The notes: generated by a model from the sequence alone, not told the origin. Positions 13,850 to 33,574 are shown, numbered from the stretch's first letter. The stretch: 64,000 nucleotides of DNA from Balamuthia mandrillaris (GCA_031835245.2 JAVKOQ020000011.1:62001-126000), one strand, 5' to 3'. Translations and numbers: made by a program.

Positions 13850-16800
13850 TTATTCGAGGGCATTTGTGGTAGAAGTGCTGGTGATGGCCTGCTCTGCATC
13901 CACAAGTATGCCGTGCCGCAACGAGCCGTCCTCTATTTCTGTTTCGGCGTTGTCGTGGTTCTTGTTAAGATCTTGTCCTGCGTCACCCTTGAGTCCACGA
14001 GGAGAGGCAGCACGAGGAGAAGGAGAATCGACTTTACCAACATGAAGCTCCTTCTCTGGAGAAGAAGAAAGAGAGGAGGAGGAGGATGAAGGAGAGGAAT
14101 AGGAACCCTTCAACGAAAGGTGGTCTGTTCTTGGCGAAGCTGGTTCGCTAATAGCACCGTCGCCATCAGCAACCGAAGAAGAAGGAGCATTGTTGGTAGC
14201 AAGCGCAATGCCATTGCTGCCGCTTCGGGCCTTTCGGCGCGCTTGCTTCCGCTGCTGCTCCGTTAGGCGTTGCAGCACGGCAGTGTTGCGCGTGGCAAGC
14301 GTAAAATTGTGGTATTGGTCACAGGGGTGACGCTGTGCCACCTGCAGCACCCCGCTGGAGCAGTCCCAGTTGTAGCGAAGGTAGTACTCGCTCCAGAAGC
14401 GGAGGCGGGCGCGAGAGACGTTGGGCACCAGGATGAGGTGCTCCCCTCTCTCCTTTTCTTTGTCGTACCAGAGGTTGACAAACTCTCCCACGTTGTGCAT
14501 GACGTAGCACCACATGGAGGTCGTTTTGTGATAGACTGCGTGCTCTTCCCTTTGCTTCACGTTGTCAAACAGATAGTTTCCGTATTGGCAGCTGTTTTAG
14601 GGGGAGAGAAGAAGAAGAAGAAGAAGAAGAAGAAGAAGAAGAAGAAGAAGAAGAAGAAGAAGAAGAAGAAGAAGAAGAAGAAGAAGAACAAGAAGAACAG
14701 AACAAGAAGAAGAGAAGAAGAAGAAGAAGAAGAAAAGAGAAGAAGAAGAAGAAGAACAAGAAGAAGAACAAGAAGAAGAAGAAGAGAAGAAGAAGAAGAA
14801 AAGAAGAAAAGAACAAGAAAAGAAGAAGAACAAGAACAAGAAGAACAAGAAGAAGCACAAGAAGAACAAGAAGAACAAGCACAAAACAAGAACAAGAACA
14901 AGAACAAGAAGAACAAGAAGAAGAACAAGAACAAGAACAAGAAAAGAACAAGAACAAGAACAAGAACAAGAACAAGAAGAACAAGAACAAGAACAAGAAG
15001 AACAAGAAGAACAAGAAGAACAAGAAGAACAAGAACAAGAAGAAGAACAAGAACAAGAAGAAGAAGAAGAACAAGAACAAGAAAGAACAAGAACAAGAAC
15101 AAGAACAAAACAAGAACAAGAACAAAACAAGAACAAGAACAAGAACAAGAACAAGAACAAGAACAAGAACAAGAACAAGAACAAGAACAAGAACAAGAAC
15201 AAGAACAAGAACAAGAACAAGAACAGCATTAGATTAGTATTATTTGCAAGAAGAATCAAAAAAAACTAATTGCGAACCTGAACAAACAGTCCAACAAGAA
15301 TACAAGCAGCTGACTATTAAACTCGAAACTGCAGGGAAACTGTACCAACAACTGATACACGCAGTCTAAGAACTGCAGGAATACAGGAGAATGCTGGTCG
15401 TTCTTGTAGTTGGCATCGCCGTGCCCCGTTCGTTTGTTGAAGTTATGTCCAAAAGAAAACCATTCCTTCTCCAGAAGAATTATGAAACCTTCGAGCGTCC
15501 TGAAGTATGGATCCAGCATCAGCATCGCCAAGCTGGTCAATTGTGCAGTGCGGTCCCTGGCACACATAGAACCAAAAAACGAGTCAGAAAATGAGACTTG
15601 ACTTAGAACATAAGAATACTCAAAATGGCTTACCATCCATCGCTGCAGTGACAGAGGATGGATGCGCGTTGTTTTTCTACAATCTCGACCATAAGATTGG
15701 CGCTGGAAAGAATAAGCTTCAAATTTTCCATCCAGCCACTGGCTTCCAGGTTGCTGTGCCACCGGGCGTCATCGGGATCTTGGCATGCCTCTCTCAATTT
15801 CTTTAAGCTGTCTCTCATGACATGAATGTTTCCTATTCCTGTGGCATTATCAAGTATTACAAACAAAGTAACTAACCAAGGAGAGAGAGAGAGAGAGTGT
15901 GTGTGTGTGTGTGTGAGGCAATACCCAGAAAAGTGAATTCGCAGTTCTTATAAAATTTGCCATTCTCCCAACCAGCTCCTGTTGCAGTGTTGGCCATGGC
16001 GTTTACCTTCGGGCGGGCATCTAGTATGTACAAGGGGCATGGCTCTGGGTTGGTGCGATGAATGGCTCCTACCAGTTTCTCATCCGCAACGCAGCGAGAG
16101 CGAGTCATGCCTACTTTGGGTTGGCTGCTGCGGGTGATGGAGGCTTGGTGGTACGGATGTTTCCAGCTCAGAACTGGAATGCGTGCTCTGTGTGTCATTG
16201 TCGGTCACCCATGTGGCAGAGGAAAAGGGAAAGAGAAGAGAAGACAGAAGCACAAAAGCACTAATTATAAGAGTTACGTACTTGCTTCTAAACTTGCCAA
16301 CCTCTATAAGCTCTTCATCAGTCATTTCCTTGGGGATGACCATGAACTTTGGATACGTGTTACACAGGGAATAGTCTGCATTGGCATAGCTGATGCGCCA
16401 CTGAGAGCAAGGGTTCAGCACGCCCTGCCTGCCAAACTCGTTGAGCGGGTTGAAGAGGGACCAGCCCTTGGGGTCACGAAAATACGGCCGGAACTGGAAG
16501 GCAAAGAACTCGGAGGGGTTGGAGGGGTAGGCCCGGCGCAGCACCTGGTTGAAGAAATCCAGGTGAGCGCCTTTGGTGGTGTCCAGCGCAAAAGTGACGG
16601 TCCTCATGTCCTTGCACTTGAGCGTGAGCAAGAAGTGGAAGCCCTTGGGGCTCTGTATGTGCTGGCTTTTGTTGCGGTCGCGGCGGTCGGCTTGGGTCAC
16701 GCGGGAGAGACCCTGCACAAAGATCCTTACTCTATGGCTTGTTTTCTGAGGATGAAGGAGAAGGAGAAAGGAAATGTTAACAGTGTTTTTTGTCTTCCTC

Positions 16801-17298
16801 GTCACTTTCTGTTTTTTTGGAGAGTTAACATACCACGTCCTTGTCGTCAGGGTTAAACAGTAGCCGAAAGGTGGTGATGAGTAGGTCGCCGAGCAGCTGG
16901 GTCTTGGTGTCAAAGGCCTTAATGGTCTTGAGGATGAGCTCCCCGACCAGCAGCTCGTTGGGGCTATTGAGGATGACGCCTCTCGAGTCGTGCTTCAGGT
17001 CGGTGAGGGAGCTGCCCGAGTTGGACTTGGCTTTCCTTTGTCGTGGGGAAAATCCTGCGGTGCCCGAGGCAGGGGAGGTGGGCACTGAGGCAGCTGCTGG
17101 GACGCACGGGAGAGAAGCAGCGGAGCCAGAGGAAGAGGGGGAGGGGGAGGAGGGGACCTCATCTGGCGCAGAAGGGCTGTCCTCGACGAGGACCGTTGTC
17201 CCAACTACGGACTTGGCAAGTGGGGAAGGCAGGGCCGGGGCGTTGGGGTGTCGTCGAGGAGATTGAGGAGGCAGACCAGGACCGGGCTGTGTGGCCAT
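13850..17298 (-). CDS. Myotubularin-family phosphoinositide 3-phosphatase (predicted active)
   Basis: The catalytic motif [15 protein letters not shown] is split by an intron. Also present: 'LCNTYPK', 'RIPVLSW', 'RSSQP', 'DARPKVNA' and '[11 protein letters not shown]...[19 protein letters not shown]', plus an N-terminal GRAM/PH-like segment. Confidence 0.92.
14607..15226. repeat. ~620 bp compound (GAA)n/(GAACAA)n microsatellite filling a myotubularin intron
   Basis: Pure GAA runs grade into GAACAA hexamers. The array lies between exons ending near 15278 and starting near 14593. Confidence 0.97.
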
Positions 17299-17792
17299 CC
17301 TCTCTCTTGCTATTAGTGGGGCGGTTCGCTTCTTCTTCGCGTTGTTGTTACTCTCTCTGTTGCTGCTACCCTTTTTTTTTTTTCTTCTATTTTAATGTTT
17401 TTCTCTTTCTTCCTATAATTTTTCTAATTTTCATTGGATAATTACAAATATTTGGGGTGAGTTTGTGAATTTTCGAAAAAATATTGTGAAATGGAAGGAA
17501 TTTTGTTGATATATTGGAATAATTCTACAGCGACACGATAGCTCACAGAAGTTATCATCCCTTCAACCATTGCGGCGAAGTTGTGGCCGGCCGGCAAGTG
17601 CTTTGCGGAGGCAGGTCACCCAGCATGGGAGCCTGAAAAAGAGAGCATGTTGGCTTGGGCTCCAATTCCAAAGGTTGTTACAAGGCATCACAAAAAGTAA
17701 ATAATAATTGAAAGTGTTGAATTTATGTAAAGAGAGAAATAAGAAACCAAGAAAAGAGGGAAAGAAAAGAAACACCGATGCGTTTTGTGTGA

Positions 17793-19514
17793 TCAACGAC
17801 GATACACGTCCCTACCTCGATCCCTTTCGGGGTACCTGTCTCTATTTCTTTCTCTGTCTCTAAGTTCATAAGCGTCACTATACCTTCTCTCTTCTCTTGG
17901 TGGAGGTGGGGCAGCATCCTGGAATGGTCGCCTACCTCCTCGAGGGCTTGGGCTAGTTATTGAAATCATTTAAGAAATAAGGAAGCAGGAAGAATAACGG
18001 ATAAAAAGGGAAAAGGAAGAATCTGTACCTTCTGCTGCGCAATCGGCGACGGCTTATAGGGGGAGAAGGAGATCGGTGACGTGGAGGAGAGCGAGGTGGG
18101 CTTCGAGCTCGTTTCCTACATGTTAGCAATAAAGGATTGCTCGTCGGTAATGCACATAACAGATCAAACAAATAAACAAAGACAAAGGAATAACACATTT
18201 GGAACAAACGAAAACGAAAACGAAAACGAAGTGAGGAGGTTAAAAAACAGCACAACACAAATACAAACAATAACAGACAAACAACAACAAAACGGAACAG
18301 AACAGAAAACTCCATTTGGAGCAACAAATAGAAGAAGACGGCAAATAAAGTTGATAATGAAAGTAGTAGCGTAGCAATAGTAGAGAACGTAGAAACGATG
18401 GTAGATGCAGAAGTAGAACACAGTAGGAGTAGGGAGTAGGGAGTAGGAGTAGGAGGTCGCATCATTCGCACAAAGTAGATAAAGCGCGCAAACAAAACAC
18501 GCAGAAGAGACATTAATGGAAGGAAGAAGGAAAAGGGAATAACGAAGAATGAAAGCCCTTTTCGATGAACGATGAAGAAGATAAAACGACGAAGAGAGTA
18601 GACAAAATGAAGGTAAAGAAGACTTAATCGTAGGAGGTGGATAGAAAATAATCAGCAAAAAAAAAATGGAATGATGCTCTACGAAACGGACATATCGAAA
18701 GGGAGTGATGCAACATTGGAGGTGGGATAAGGAGAAAGGAAACAGAAAGAACAGAGCGAGCTGGAAATGTGACTTAAAAATAAAAATGACAAACCTTTCG
18801 GGGGGCGGCGGTGCTCGTGCAACATACTCGATGTTGATAATTCTGTCCATCAGCTTGTATAGAAATATACACATGAGAAAGAGTGGGGGAGAGAGGGGAG
18901 GGAGGGAGGGAGGGAGGGAGGGAGGGAGGGAGGGAGGGAGGGAGGAGGGAGGAGGAGGGAGGAGGGGGAGGGAGGGAGGGAGGAGGGAGGGAGGGAGGAG
19001 GAGGGTTGTTTACCTTTGTTTGGTTGAGGGTCTTTAACGCCTCTGTTGCTTGCTCAACGCGTTCAAACTGCACAAAGGAAAAATTTCTTCTCATTTCAAT
19101 CTGTTAAAAGTTTGTTTACAGGAATTTGATGAGCAAGTTGCGTTGAACACAAAATACGAGAAAGAAAGAACAAACCCTCGTGATGTGACCGTAAGGAGAG
19201 AACAGCCTACTGAGGTCCTCCTGAGTTGTTCTGATGGGGTCATAATTGACCACAAAGAGTGTTTCGCAAGGCCTTCTAAGAGCTTCTTCCTTTCTCATTT
19301 CTTCTCGCCTTTATGCACATAAATAGGTATGTTTGTATAGCCAGAGACGAGAGAGAGAGAACAGAAAGGCATACCGTTTGATAGCGCCGTCTCCCTTGGC
19401 AAACTCCAATTTCAATCTTCTGCCCATGTACAGGAAGCCATCCAAACCTCTTATGGCCTCCTCATGACCGCGATCGAGAAAGATGAAAGCGTAGCCGTGT
19501 TTCATGTCTTTTTT

Positions 19515-19558
<44 letters not shown>

Positions 19559-20129
19559 CAAAAGAGTGAACAAACGGTTCGTTGGGAAAAATCTAAATGA
19601 GAAAAAAAAAATATAACGCACCCACTCTAAGGACCTTGCCATAGGGAGCAAACAGTCGCTCTATTTCCGGGATAGGGCAGAGAGGGTCCATGTTGCCCAC
19701 GAAAATGGCTCTGTCCGAGTGCGACGAGCGAGAGGCATAGTGTCTAGGAGGGCTCCTGTCACGCGGAGGACTCCTCCTTCCGCGCAGAGGGGAAGGGCTT
19801 CTGCCCCTGCCACGCGGCGAGGGACTTCTGTTGTGAGGAGGAGGGCTCCTTCCTCGCGGGGGGCTTCTTGCCCTGCGCGGTGAGGGGCTCCTCACTCTAC
19901 CACGAGGGGAGGGGCTCCTTCCCCTGCGTGGTGGGGAGGGGCTTCTTGCTCTTCGCGGAGAGGGGCTCCTGCCTACACGTGGGGAGGGGCTCCTTCCCCT
20001 GCGTGGCGAGGGGCTTCTTTTACGACGATGAGGGGAAGGGCTCCGTCTGCCATGCGGAGGTGGGCTCCGTACGCGATGAGGGGAAGGGCTTCGTCTTGGC
20101 GAAGGGCTGCGTGAGGGCGTCCTCTCCAT
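17793..20129 (-). CDS. SR-type splicing factor with two RRMs, plant RS31/RS40-like second RRM and N-terminal RSPSP repeats
   Basis: RRM1 reads 'AIFVGNMD...KHGYAFI...LKLEFAKGD'. RRM2 reads 'ETLFVVNYDPIRTT...RRNFSFVQFE...LMDRIINIEY'. RSPSP(R) repeats lie at the N-terminus. The last exon ends ...DVYRR-TGA (17795-17793). Confidence 0.85.
18884..19005. repeat. (GGGA)n purine tract, potential G-quadruplex/H-DNA, in SR-gene intron
   Basis: Many tandem GGGA/GGA units on the + strand, which is the template strand of the SR gene. Confidence 0.9.
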
Positions 20130-20382
20130 CTCTCGTGTGTCGTCGTCTAAATCTCTTTTTTTTTTTTTGTTTGCGACATAAAATTTTATTGAGGGGTCTT
20201 CCGTCAGGGGGCAACGATCATTGTCGACAAGATGGCTGACGTGTAGATCATCTGACGTAAGTCATTGTCTTCCAAAGGTAATCTGTTCCATAAATGGAGA
20301 GCGCAACCAAAAAAGCGGGCAGCAACCAGAGAGAGAGAGAGAGAGAGGGGGGGTGACTCAACCAACCAACGCCAGCGGAAGG

Positions 20383-22163
<1,781 letters not shown>

Positions 22164-22599
22164 ACAGAACTCTTTTGCAATGGAGTCTTCTCTCTTCGAA
22201 CTATGTTGTCTCTTCTGGGTCATTTTCTTGAAGACGATCGTTGAAGCGAGGTCAGTCTCTGAAACTGATTTTTTTTTATTTATTTCTTTTGTTAGGTTAT
22301 CGAAGTTGTTGCGGGAAAAGTCAAGGTCGACCGCTCAGTGCAGTTGAAGCGACCGGAGCATCTCCTCTTCTCGCGGTTAACGGTTTCCTCTCGCACTTTG
22401 ACTCGGTTATAAATGGCAATAGTCACCACTGTTTCATGCTGACGGAAGCAGCTCCATGTGGCCGGCTTAGTGTGCGGTTTTTTACAAAGATTTGCCGCTT
22501 GCTCTGCGCGCCCTTTTCACTGCCTTTCCAATTAGCTTTGCATTGTGGGTTTGCTTTCGGGTCGACATTATTCCGGCATTTCGTGACGACTCGACTTAA

Positions 22600-24165
<1,566 letters not shown>

Positions 24166-25223
24166 CGACGCGACGATTGATTGCCTATTGTATGGGATAA
24201 ATTTCAAGCAATTTACACATGTGAAATGTTTGTACATTTTTTTACCACCTCAATGCAGAGGCTCAAACCATTTTCCTAGTATTTCGTTTGTTGTAGCTTC
24301 ATGCACACTTGCCCCTTGGAACCTTCTTTCTCCCTCTCTCTCATTCTTTCCTTCTCCTTGATTCTCTCTTCTTCTTCCCTCACTCTTGTTCAGGTCTTCT
24401 CTCTTATGATAAGACGCCCACCAGCTCCAGTATGGGCCGTCATTTTGCAAAACGGCTAGGGGAAAACGAATGGGGAAAACGACTGGACGTAATATTTGTT
24501 TGTTGATGAACGTTATTTACATCCGCTATTGCAAGCTGTTGGACCCTAACGGGCCGTTGGTGGTAAAACGCACCGATGATCTTGGGTTTGTTTGTACAAA
24601 GATCAAAGTTGTGCCAACTGAACAAAAGCAGGTATTTTATACAGGACTATCTATTTGGTGTCCTTCTGGAAGTGAAATGCATGAAAGAGGCGCAACTTTT
24701 GAGACAGGCATATTATTCTTCTTTGTATGAGACCGGCGCAGCCAGATGACAATGGCCAATGCGTCAACAACTGACTGCTTCTCTGTCCCCTACAGTCAGC
24801 TGAGAACTGCTCCTCCTGTTTCCTATGTGGTAGCCCTTGCCCTCCTCCCTGCCATCCAATCAGTTCCCCTCGTGCTTCTCTCTTCTCTCTCTCGCTCTCT
24901 CTCTCTCATTTGCTTCTTCCTTGTCTTCCAGTCTTGTAGTAAGTGCCTATATCCTTCTCTTTCTCTCCTTTCTCTGCTCTTTGCTTGCTTTAGAGAGGTG
25001 TTGTAGTCATACGACTTTTCTTCTTTGCCTTAGTGAGCTTTCCTTCTTAGTGGTACGTTTCTTTTCTCTTATCCTCCTCTTTTCAGGTTCTTTTCTTTCT
25101 TCCTTCCTCTCTCTTCTCCCTACTTTCCCTCTCCCTCTTCCTCTCTTCCTCTCCCTGTTTCTCCCTCTTCCTCTCTTATCCTCTCTCCCTCGCTCCCTCT
25201 CTTCCTCTCTCAAAAGAGATCAA

Positions 25224-25373
25224 ATGGCAACCAAACAGAAGTTTGATGATGATGAGGACTATGATCCCTGTTTGGAGGCCAAACAAATGGTCCAAAGAAC
25301 TAAACTACTCATCAAAGTAAGACAAAGGTGGAGAGCCCATAAAAATGCCACTCCAGCCATCACAACAATTTAG
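25224..25373 (+). CDS. Possible 49-aa small protein
   Basis: ATG in a caaATGg context, MATKQKFDDDEDYDPCLEAKQMVQRTKLLIKVRQRWRAHKNATPAITTI. It is preceded by a CT-rich intron-like/leader region; no homology recognised. Confidence 0.3.
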   Translation: MATKQKFDDDEDYDPCLEAKQMVQRTKLLIKVRQRWRAHKNATPAITTI

Positions 25374-25766
25374 CTGATCTCATTCTTTGGACCATTTGTT
25401 TGGCCTCCACTTCTATAGAAAAAAAGAGAACATTAACAAGGAGAATGAAAATGGGTATTATAAGAAAGTGGTTTAACAACACAAATAAAAATTACAATTT
25501 TGTAACAACTTTAATAGTTTTGCATTCCTTTCAAACTGTTTACCACAAAAGAGAGAAAGTTGCATATGAAAGAAGAAGGAAAATAAAGAAACAGATTTTA
25601 ATACAACCAAAAGGTTACTCTATTTCAAATATACTTCTAGTTAGATGTATATTTGAAATAGAGTAAGGAAAAAGTGTGTACTCAAATTTTTTTTATATAG
25701 GAAAAACAAAACAAGAAAGAACCACCAAAGATACTCTCTTGTCATTCAATTCAAAAACTAGTTGAT

Positions 25767-28782
<3,016 letters not shown>

Positions 28783-28871
28783 AAGATGGTGAGCAAAGAA
28801 ACGAAAGCAAGAGAATGGGTTTTTTTAGAAAAAGAATGCAAGTGTTTCTGGGATGCAACAAAGAAACAAGT

Positions 28872-31720
28872 TCATTTTCTTGGCTTTTTGTTGGACTTGT
28901 TTGCTCCTCCTTTCTTCTTTTTGTTGCTGTTGTTGGGCGATTTGCTAGTGCTCTTTTTCTCTTCTCCTTTCTCTTGTTTCTTTCGCTTCAGACTTATGCT
29001 GCCAGGGATCTTGCTTTTGCCTTGCAGTTGATTTTCCCACTCTTCATCCGTTCCTCTAACCATAAATCTGTTATCCATTTGCAATTAGAAGGAGGATAAG
29101 AAAAAAGCGCAAGAAAAGGAAGGAAAGTACAAAGGTACGTACTGAGGTCCCAAGGAAGCCATAATCTCTTTTTGTCTATCTTCCTTCGTGAAGCTTGGTG
29201 TGGAAGAAGAAGCCTGCAAAGCCGACTCCTTCAACTCGCTTTCCAAGGATTGAGCGATGGGCTTCAACTTTTTGAGCTTCTCTCCGCTTCTCGCGATCCT
29301 TTGCTGCTCCCTCTCATGCTCCTGCTCGTGCAACTCCAACGCGATGAACTTCTCCTGCACCTCCTTGAAGAACTGAGAGGCCTTCTTCAGCGCCTTGGAG
29401 AACATGGCCAATACCTGGTTGGACTGCAGGGGCAAGTCTTGCAATACATCATCGATGGACTTGTGTTGCAGGCCCAAAGCCAAAAGGATGGTCGCTTGCA
29501 CAAAGGAAAGAGATACGTTTTTCTTCATCAGGGTGATGCTGTTTTCGTTGTTGCTACCACGAACGTCCAACTCTAAGCGCAACTTGCCAAAGAACAACCA
29601 ACGAGAGAGTTGAGGTAGGAGATCGAGGATGGCGTGGTAGTCGAGGAGGTTGTGGGCATAAGACTCTAGTCTCTTGAGGTCAAAGGGTGTGAAGCTCCAA
29701 TCCAACTCTTGTTTGTATTGACGTAGCTGTCTGACTGCTTTTGGTTCAATTTGTTCTTCCTCTTCGTCTTCTTCGTCTTGCTGATCAGGATGGAAGGAAG
29801 GTGGTTGGACCGTCATGCCGTCAGGCTTGAAGTTGAGGACATTGAGGCAGAGACCAGCTGGAAATTTTCTAAAGTCGAAAGCCAACAAAGAAAGGAAACG
29901 ACGCTTAAAGTCTTAAGAAAAAATGCATATAAAGACCAAATGAGATGTTAAGTTAACGGGAACCAGAACGGCGCAGGAAAAGAAGAAAAAGAACCTTCAT
30001 TGAAAGCAATAAGCCAGTCCGGAGTTTTGGTAGAGGAGTAGTCCTCTTTCAAGGCGGTAAGCATAATGCACGAATGCTCTCCCGTCAGCTCATTCTTAAG
30101 AAAACAGGAGTCAGGTGCTAACGCAAGCTTAATGAAGAAGAGAGGAAGGGGAAGCGAAGAAGAACAACAACAAGCAGACGACGAAGGAAGAACGAAGAAG
30201 AAGGAAGATTGAAGATAGAAAGAACAGTGAGAGAGCGAGAGAGAGAAGAAAATACCGGAGTCTGTCGAAGGTAAACAGGTAGATACTGACATTTAGTCCA
30301 AAAATTGAAAAGTGATTCAGTAAGGCCATAAGAAGTGCCCAACCAGTCCAAACGTTCTGCTCTCCTCTCTTCCAACTTTTGCAACAGAGGCGGAAGATTC
30401 TTCCGTGGCTTGATTTGTTCTGTCATAATGGAGGAAGATGTGTCGTGCTCATCTTCATCTTTGTCTTTTCCATTCATATCCACTACTCTGCTTTCCTCTT
30501 CTTCTTCTTCTTCGTCATATTCCTTTAGACTAGTGATCTCTCCCTGATAATACTTTTTCAACAACTCCAACGCGCGAATGCCATACCCCATCTTCAAAAA
30601 ATAAATAAACACCAACCGTTAAAACCAAAAATAAATAAAAGACAATAAAAAAAGAAGTTACCCGTTGATAGTCAGGATGGGTAGCAATGCGAACTACACG
30701 AGCTCCCGAAAGACTTGGAAAGCCTTCATCTTGGAACTAGTCACCCAAGGCGTGAGTAACAAAATTACAAACGCAAAGAAAGAATAAAAAATAGATAGAG
30801 AATGATTTTAAACCTGTTGAGACAAAGTCCAGGGTATCAAGTCTCCAGCAGCTTTCTCGCCGCGGGCAAGGCTTTCCATAACTACTTGCTTGGTAAGTTC
30901 TCCTTCCAAGCAAACTTGAATGACTGTGAGAACTTCGGGTAGGGTGTTCTGTGTTTCATCCACAGGACCTTTGTTGTTTGAAGACAAAAAAAAATAAATA
31001 AATAATAGTGAAACAGAAGGAGGAAGAAAACGTCAATTAAGAAAAAAGAATTCGAATAAAGAGTAAAGGATTGAAAAATAGCTTAGTAAAGGAAAACGCA
31101 CCAAGAAGGACAAAAAGATGATGTGCGGGAGCGTCCGACATCAGAAGAAGATCGTTGGGTGAGTTCTTGTAGTGGGAAGATACGTAAAGAGCCATCATAC
31201 GTTGCAAGAATGACTCCGAAGCTTTGTGGTAGGAAAACAAGGTATCCCTGTTCACATAATATCTGAAACAGACAAGAAATTACATTTATGTTTTTGACAA
31301 GAGAAAGAAAGAGAATAAAGAAGAGAAGAGGAACAAGTGGAAGAAAGGTACAGCTGGCATTCACTAGGATGGGGACACCCAGTAGGAGCTTTAGGAACAA
31401 CGGAAGCGTCGAGGCAAAGCAACTCGTTAAGCCACTTTTCGATAGGATCACCATTAGCATAACGAATGGGCACTTGCATTGTCAACTCGCGCAGTGCTCG
31501 CCCTTTTTGTGTTTAGAGTCAACTTTGCTTTTAAGAGAGAGAGAGAGAGAGAGAGAGAAATGCACCTGAAGTAGAGCCAGAACTTCTACTTTGATCTCTC
31601 ATTTGTTTTATCAACTTGAGGGACAAAGAGCGACCCGTGCCTTCATAACTGTTTTCATGAAAGATCAAGAAATTATATGAGAGGAATCGAAAAGAGAAGA
31701 GAGCAAAAGCAAGAAAATCT

Positions 31721-31761
<41 letters not shown>

Positions 31762-33574
31762 CCCATTCACAGTGGAAGCCATGAACAAGAGATAAGGGCC
31801 GACCAATTGCTTGACATAGGGAAGAGGGATGGCAGCGGCCTCATCAATAACCACCAACTCAGCCTGTCCCAACTTGGAGTGGTCCTGTGGGTGGATGAAC
31901 TGAATGGTTTGCCGATGCGAACGGAAGATGTTCACTCGCACCACTGCTTTGTTGAACTCTGGGTTGGTGGATTGCACGATCTCATAGTCGATATGCTCTT
32001 GGTATTCCAAGCTTTTATGGTAAGAAAAGTTCGTCAGAACAACAGAAAACAAAAACAAGAACAAGAACAAATTACAACAAAAGTAAAAAAGAGAACTTAG
32101 GTACCAATCAAAGCCAATAAAGACAAACTCAAAGAGAGTCTTCAAGTTTTCAGGGCTAGGGGAAGTGACGAAGATGTTGGAATAGCCGCTAGCCACTGCA
32201 GCAGCAATGCTCAGCCCTAACGCGGCGGACTTACCACGACCTCTGGCGGCGGTGATTGCTACCGTTGTCCTGAGAGTTTTTTCGGAGATGGCTTCGATAC
32301 AGGTCAGCACGGCCTTGGCTTGGTCCAACGTTTTGGCTTTGTTGACAAGACTGCCGACAAACTCAGTATCCTTTAACGACAACTTCAACTCTTTCAGATC
32401 TTCGTCTGTGCAAAAGAGAGAGTGTGAGCTCTATTTGAAGGAATAAATCATGTGACTGAAGAACATAAGAGCATACCTTCTGGAGTAGTAGCATTGCTGA
32501 GGGAAAGGTTGTCAAGAGGCTTGATGAAACGAGAGTGGGAAGAAATGGGAAGTATGTTAAGCTCATCGTCTACCACCAATGCGTTCTTGTTGGAAGAGCC
32601 CAGAGAAAGCAGGAAGCGTTCGTTGAAACGACCAGTGACTTCCCACTTGGATTCTGTTCTTAATCTTGAATGCACGTCCTTCGAAAGATAGAAACAAGAA
32701 TGAATAAAAGAACGTCACACGAAACAAGAGCGAGAAAAGAGGGACGAGAGGAGAGAGAGAGAGAGGAGAACCATTGTCATGGTGTAAAGTTGCTTCAACG
32801 AAGACATCGTTTTCAAGAGCAACACTATGATACCCCCGCCTTCCACCGTTTCGATAGTCCTTGCCAACAAGTTGGGTGTCAACGCTTCAAAGTCCTGGTC
32901 AACAAAAACGAGAAAAAGAAACAAGAAGGGAAAGCAAGAGATGAATCAGAGAAAGAGGTCAATATTCAATAAACCGCAACGAAGCGTATTTGTTTTGGAA
33001 ACGAGAGAACAAAAGAAAGAAACAAAGGTTAAAGTAACAGCAAACCTGCAAAACACACATGCCAAAGGTATTACCGAGGATCTTGTGGCTTTCGGAGTAG
33101 TAGGTGTAGCGGATCTGAGTGGAGGAAATGAAGAGCTCAAAAGGGTCATCCTTGTCCGGGTCGTAAAGGCCTCTCTTTATCTTTTTGTTGATGAGTCTTG
33201 CCCGCTTTTTGTAGTGGCTATTATTGAGGGGGAAAATTAAAGAGAAGATCAGCGAGAAAAGACAGAGATCGATCCGGAAAAAAAAAAGCGTACCTGGTAA
33301 AGCCTAGCTCCTTCTTGTAGCACCAAAGCACGTTAGGCCTGCTCTTTACCAACGACTTGGACAGCATGTAGTGCAAGTTCACTATCTGTTCGCGTCCTTT
33401 GTCGCCGACGATGACAAACATGGTCCGGTAGCGCTGCTTCACTCCGTTCTCGATGAGGGTCCGGATGCGAGGGTCGACCCTTTTTCGGAGGCGTTGCTTG
33501 CTGCTGTTGCTTCCCCCATTCGCGGCGGCACCACCTGCATGTGCAACAGGACTCGCCTTTTGTTTACTCGCCAT
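28872..33574 (-). CDS. NAT10: RNA cytidine acetyltransferase NAT10/Kre33
   Basis: Motifs 'RKRVDPRIRTLIENGV', 'VLWCYKKELGF', 'DFEALTPNLLARTIETVEGGG', 'TAARGRGKSAALG', 'VIDEAAAIPLP', 'YEGTGRSLSLKL', 'SSHYKNSPNDL' and 'RIATHPDYQR', with a Lys-rich C-terminus. Confidence 0.97.

Noticed and set aside
14270..15259. Long ORFs of poly-K/E/R or poly-F/L/S in several frames (also 12929-13446 and 48718-49544)
   Set aside because: These are translations of intronic microsatellites that lack stop codons, not proteins.
24420..24730. Short inverted repeats and short ORFs downstream of GFUS
   Set aside because: No coherent RNA family motif, terminal inverted repeats or coding signal could be supported.
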